Assembly (NCBI GenBank): GCA_034440375.1
Contig: JAWXBZ010000057.1
Coordinates: forward strand, 1-14,708
Length of the DNA: 14,708 nucleotides
Source of the DNA: Candidatus Eiseniibacteriota bacterium
Lineage (GTDB): Bacteria > Eisenbacteria > RBG-16-71-46 > JABDJR01 > JAWXBZ01
Direction of reading: 5' to 3'
Every line of letters starts with the position of its first letter. The first letter of the stretch is position 1. The position numbers and the translations under genes were made by a program. Below are positions 14,203 through 14,708 of this stretch, piece after piece. Under the pieces are notes generated by a model that was not told the origin of the DNA, did no database searches, and saw only the letters and a program-made list of their open reading frames with translations.

Positions 14203-14708
14203 CTACCGTGGCGTGAGCCCTTGCAGCCGACCATCGGCGCCTTGGGGCGTGTCCGTGGCGCGGCGCCCGGCGGTGTCGACGGCATCGGAGGAGACGACGC
14301 CAAACTCCTGCATCCGGACCCCATCGGCATAGACTTCGCCGGCATAGTTCAGGTTTCCCGGAGTGGCCGCGAGATCATACTGGATGCACCCACCGCCGCC
14401 GATGATGAAGCGGGCCACGCCCGATGAGTTCGTCACCTGCTGGAAGACGTACGACCGCGGCCCGACCGGCGTGTCACACCAGCAGGCCAGCGTATCGCCC
14501 GGCGCGATCATGCGAACCTGGACCACCGCGCCATTGATGGGACCACCGGCGCCCAGGATCGTTACATTGTACTTGGCGGCGTGCGCCGGCGCGCTGTTCC
14601 AAGCGCCGTTGACGGGTGGATCTGGAAGCACTGGGGAACCGTGCTGAGCTCGGGAAGTGGAGCGGTCGCGGCGGCGTAGAAGAGGATCCTGGCTTCGCCG
14701 CCACCGGC
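14203..14708 (-). pseudogene. 3' part of a gene entering from the right edge; apparent 1-nt frameshift near 14614-14616 and possibly truncated; Cys-containing beta-rich domain of unknown function
   Basis: The frame from 14708 reads AGGGEARILFYAAATAPLPELSTVPQCFQIH (25 of 31 codons end in G/C), then degrades and stops at TAA 14564-14562. A second frame takes over with VNGAWNSAPAHAAKYNVTILG...ACWCD...TNSSGVARFIIGGGGC...VYADGV to TAG 14205-14203. One extra base at CAC-CC-GTC would join the two frames. Confidence 0.6.

Noticed and set aside
14118-14345. 76-aa N-terminal extension of dNK in the ORF track
   Set aside because: Low-complexity sequence that overlaps the upstream gene and spans the apparent -10 element. 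The dNK fold starts at about 14117.

Overview
High-GC bacterial window with no rRNA, tRNA, CRISPR or mobile element that I can support. The FlgD-Ig/T9SS-like C-terminal domain and the gene content hint at an FCB-group lineage such as Ca. Eisenbacteria, Krumholzibacteriota or Gemmatimonadota (inference only). Gene order: class A PBP (PBP1A-like, with a possible lipobox and an extra C-terminal beta-rich domain) > REC plus RsbW-like kinase regulator >< cytoplasmic GAF-PAS-HK-REC-REC-HPt hybrid kinase <> ECF sigma factor (QTT type, probably phosphorylation-activated) > translationally coupled membrane Ser/Thr kinase with TPRs > 1136-aa secreted protein >< deoxynucleoside kinase < frameshifted, probably truncated gene running off the right edge. 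The best candidate for an undescribed system is the ECF/STK module with the gene after it. That gene fuses a 7-bladed FG-GAP (integrin-alpha-like) propeller, an S11 DD-carboxypeptidase-like domain with a KTG>KGG change, a poly-Pro linker, an unassigned beta domain and a FlgD-Ig/CTD, and it is preceded by an ECF-like promoter motif.
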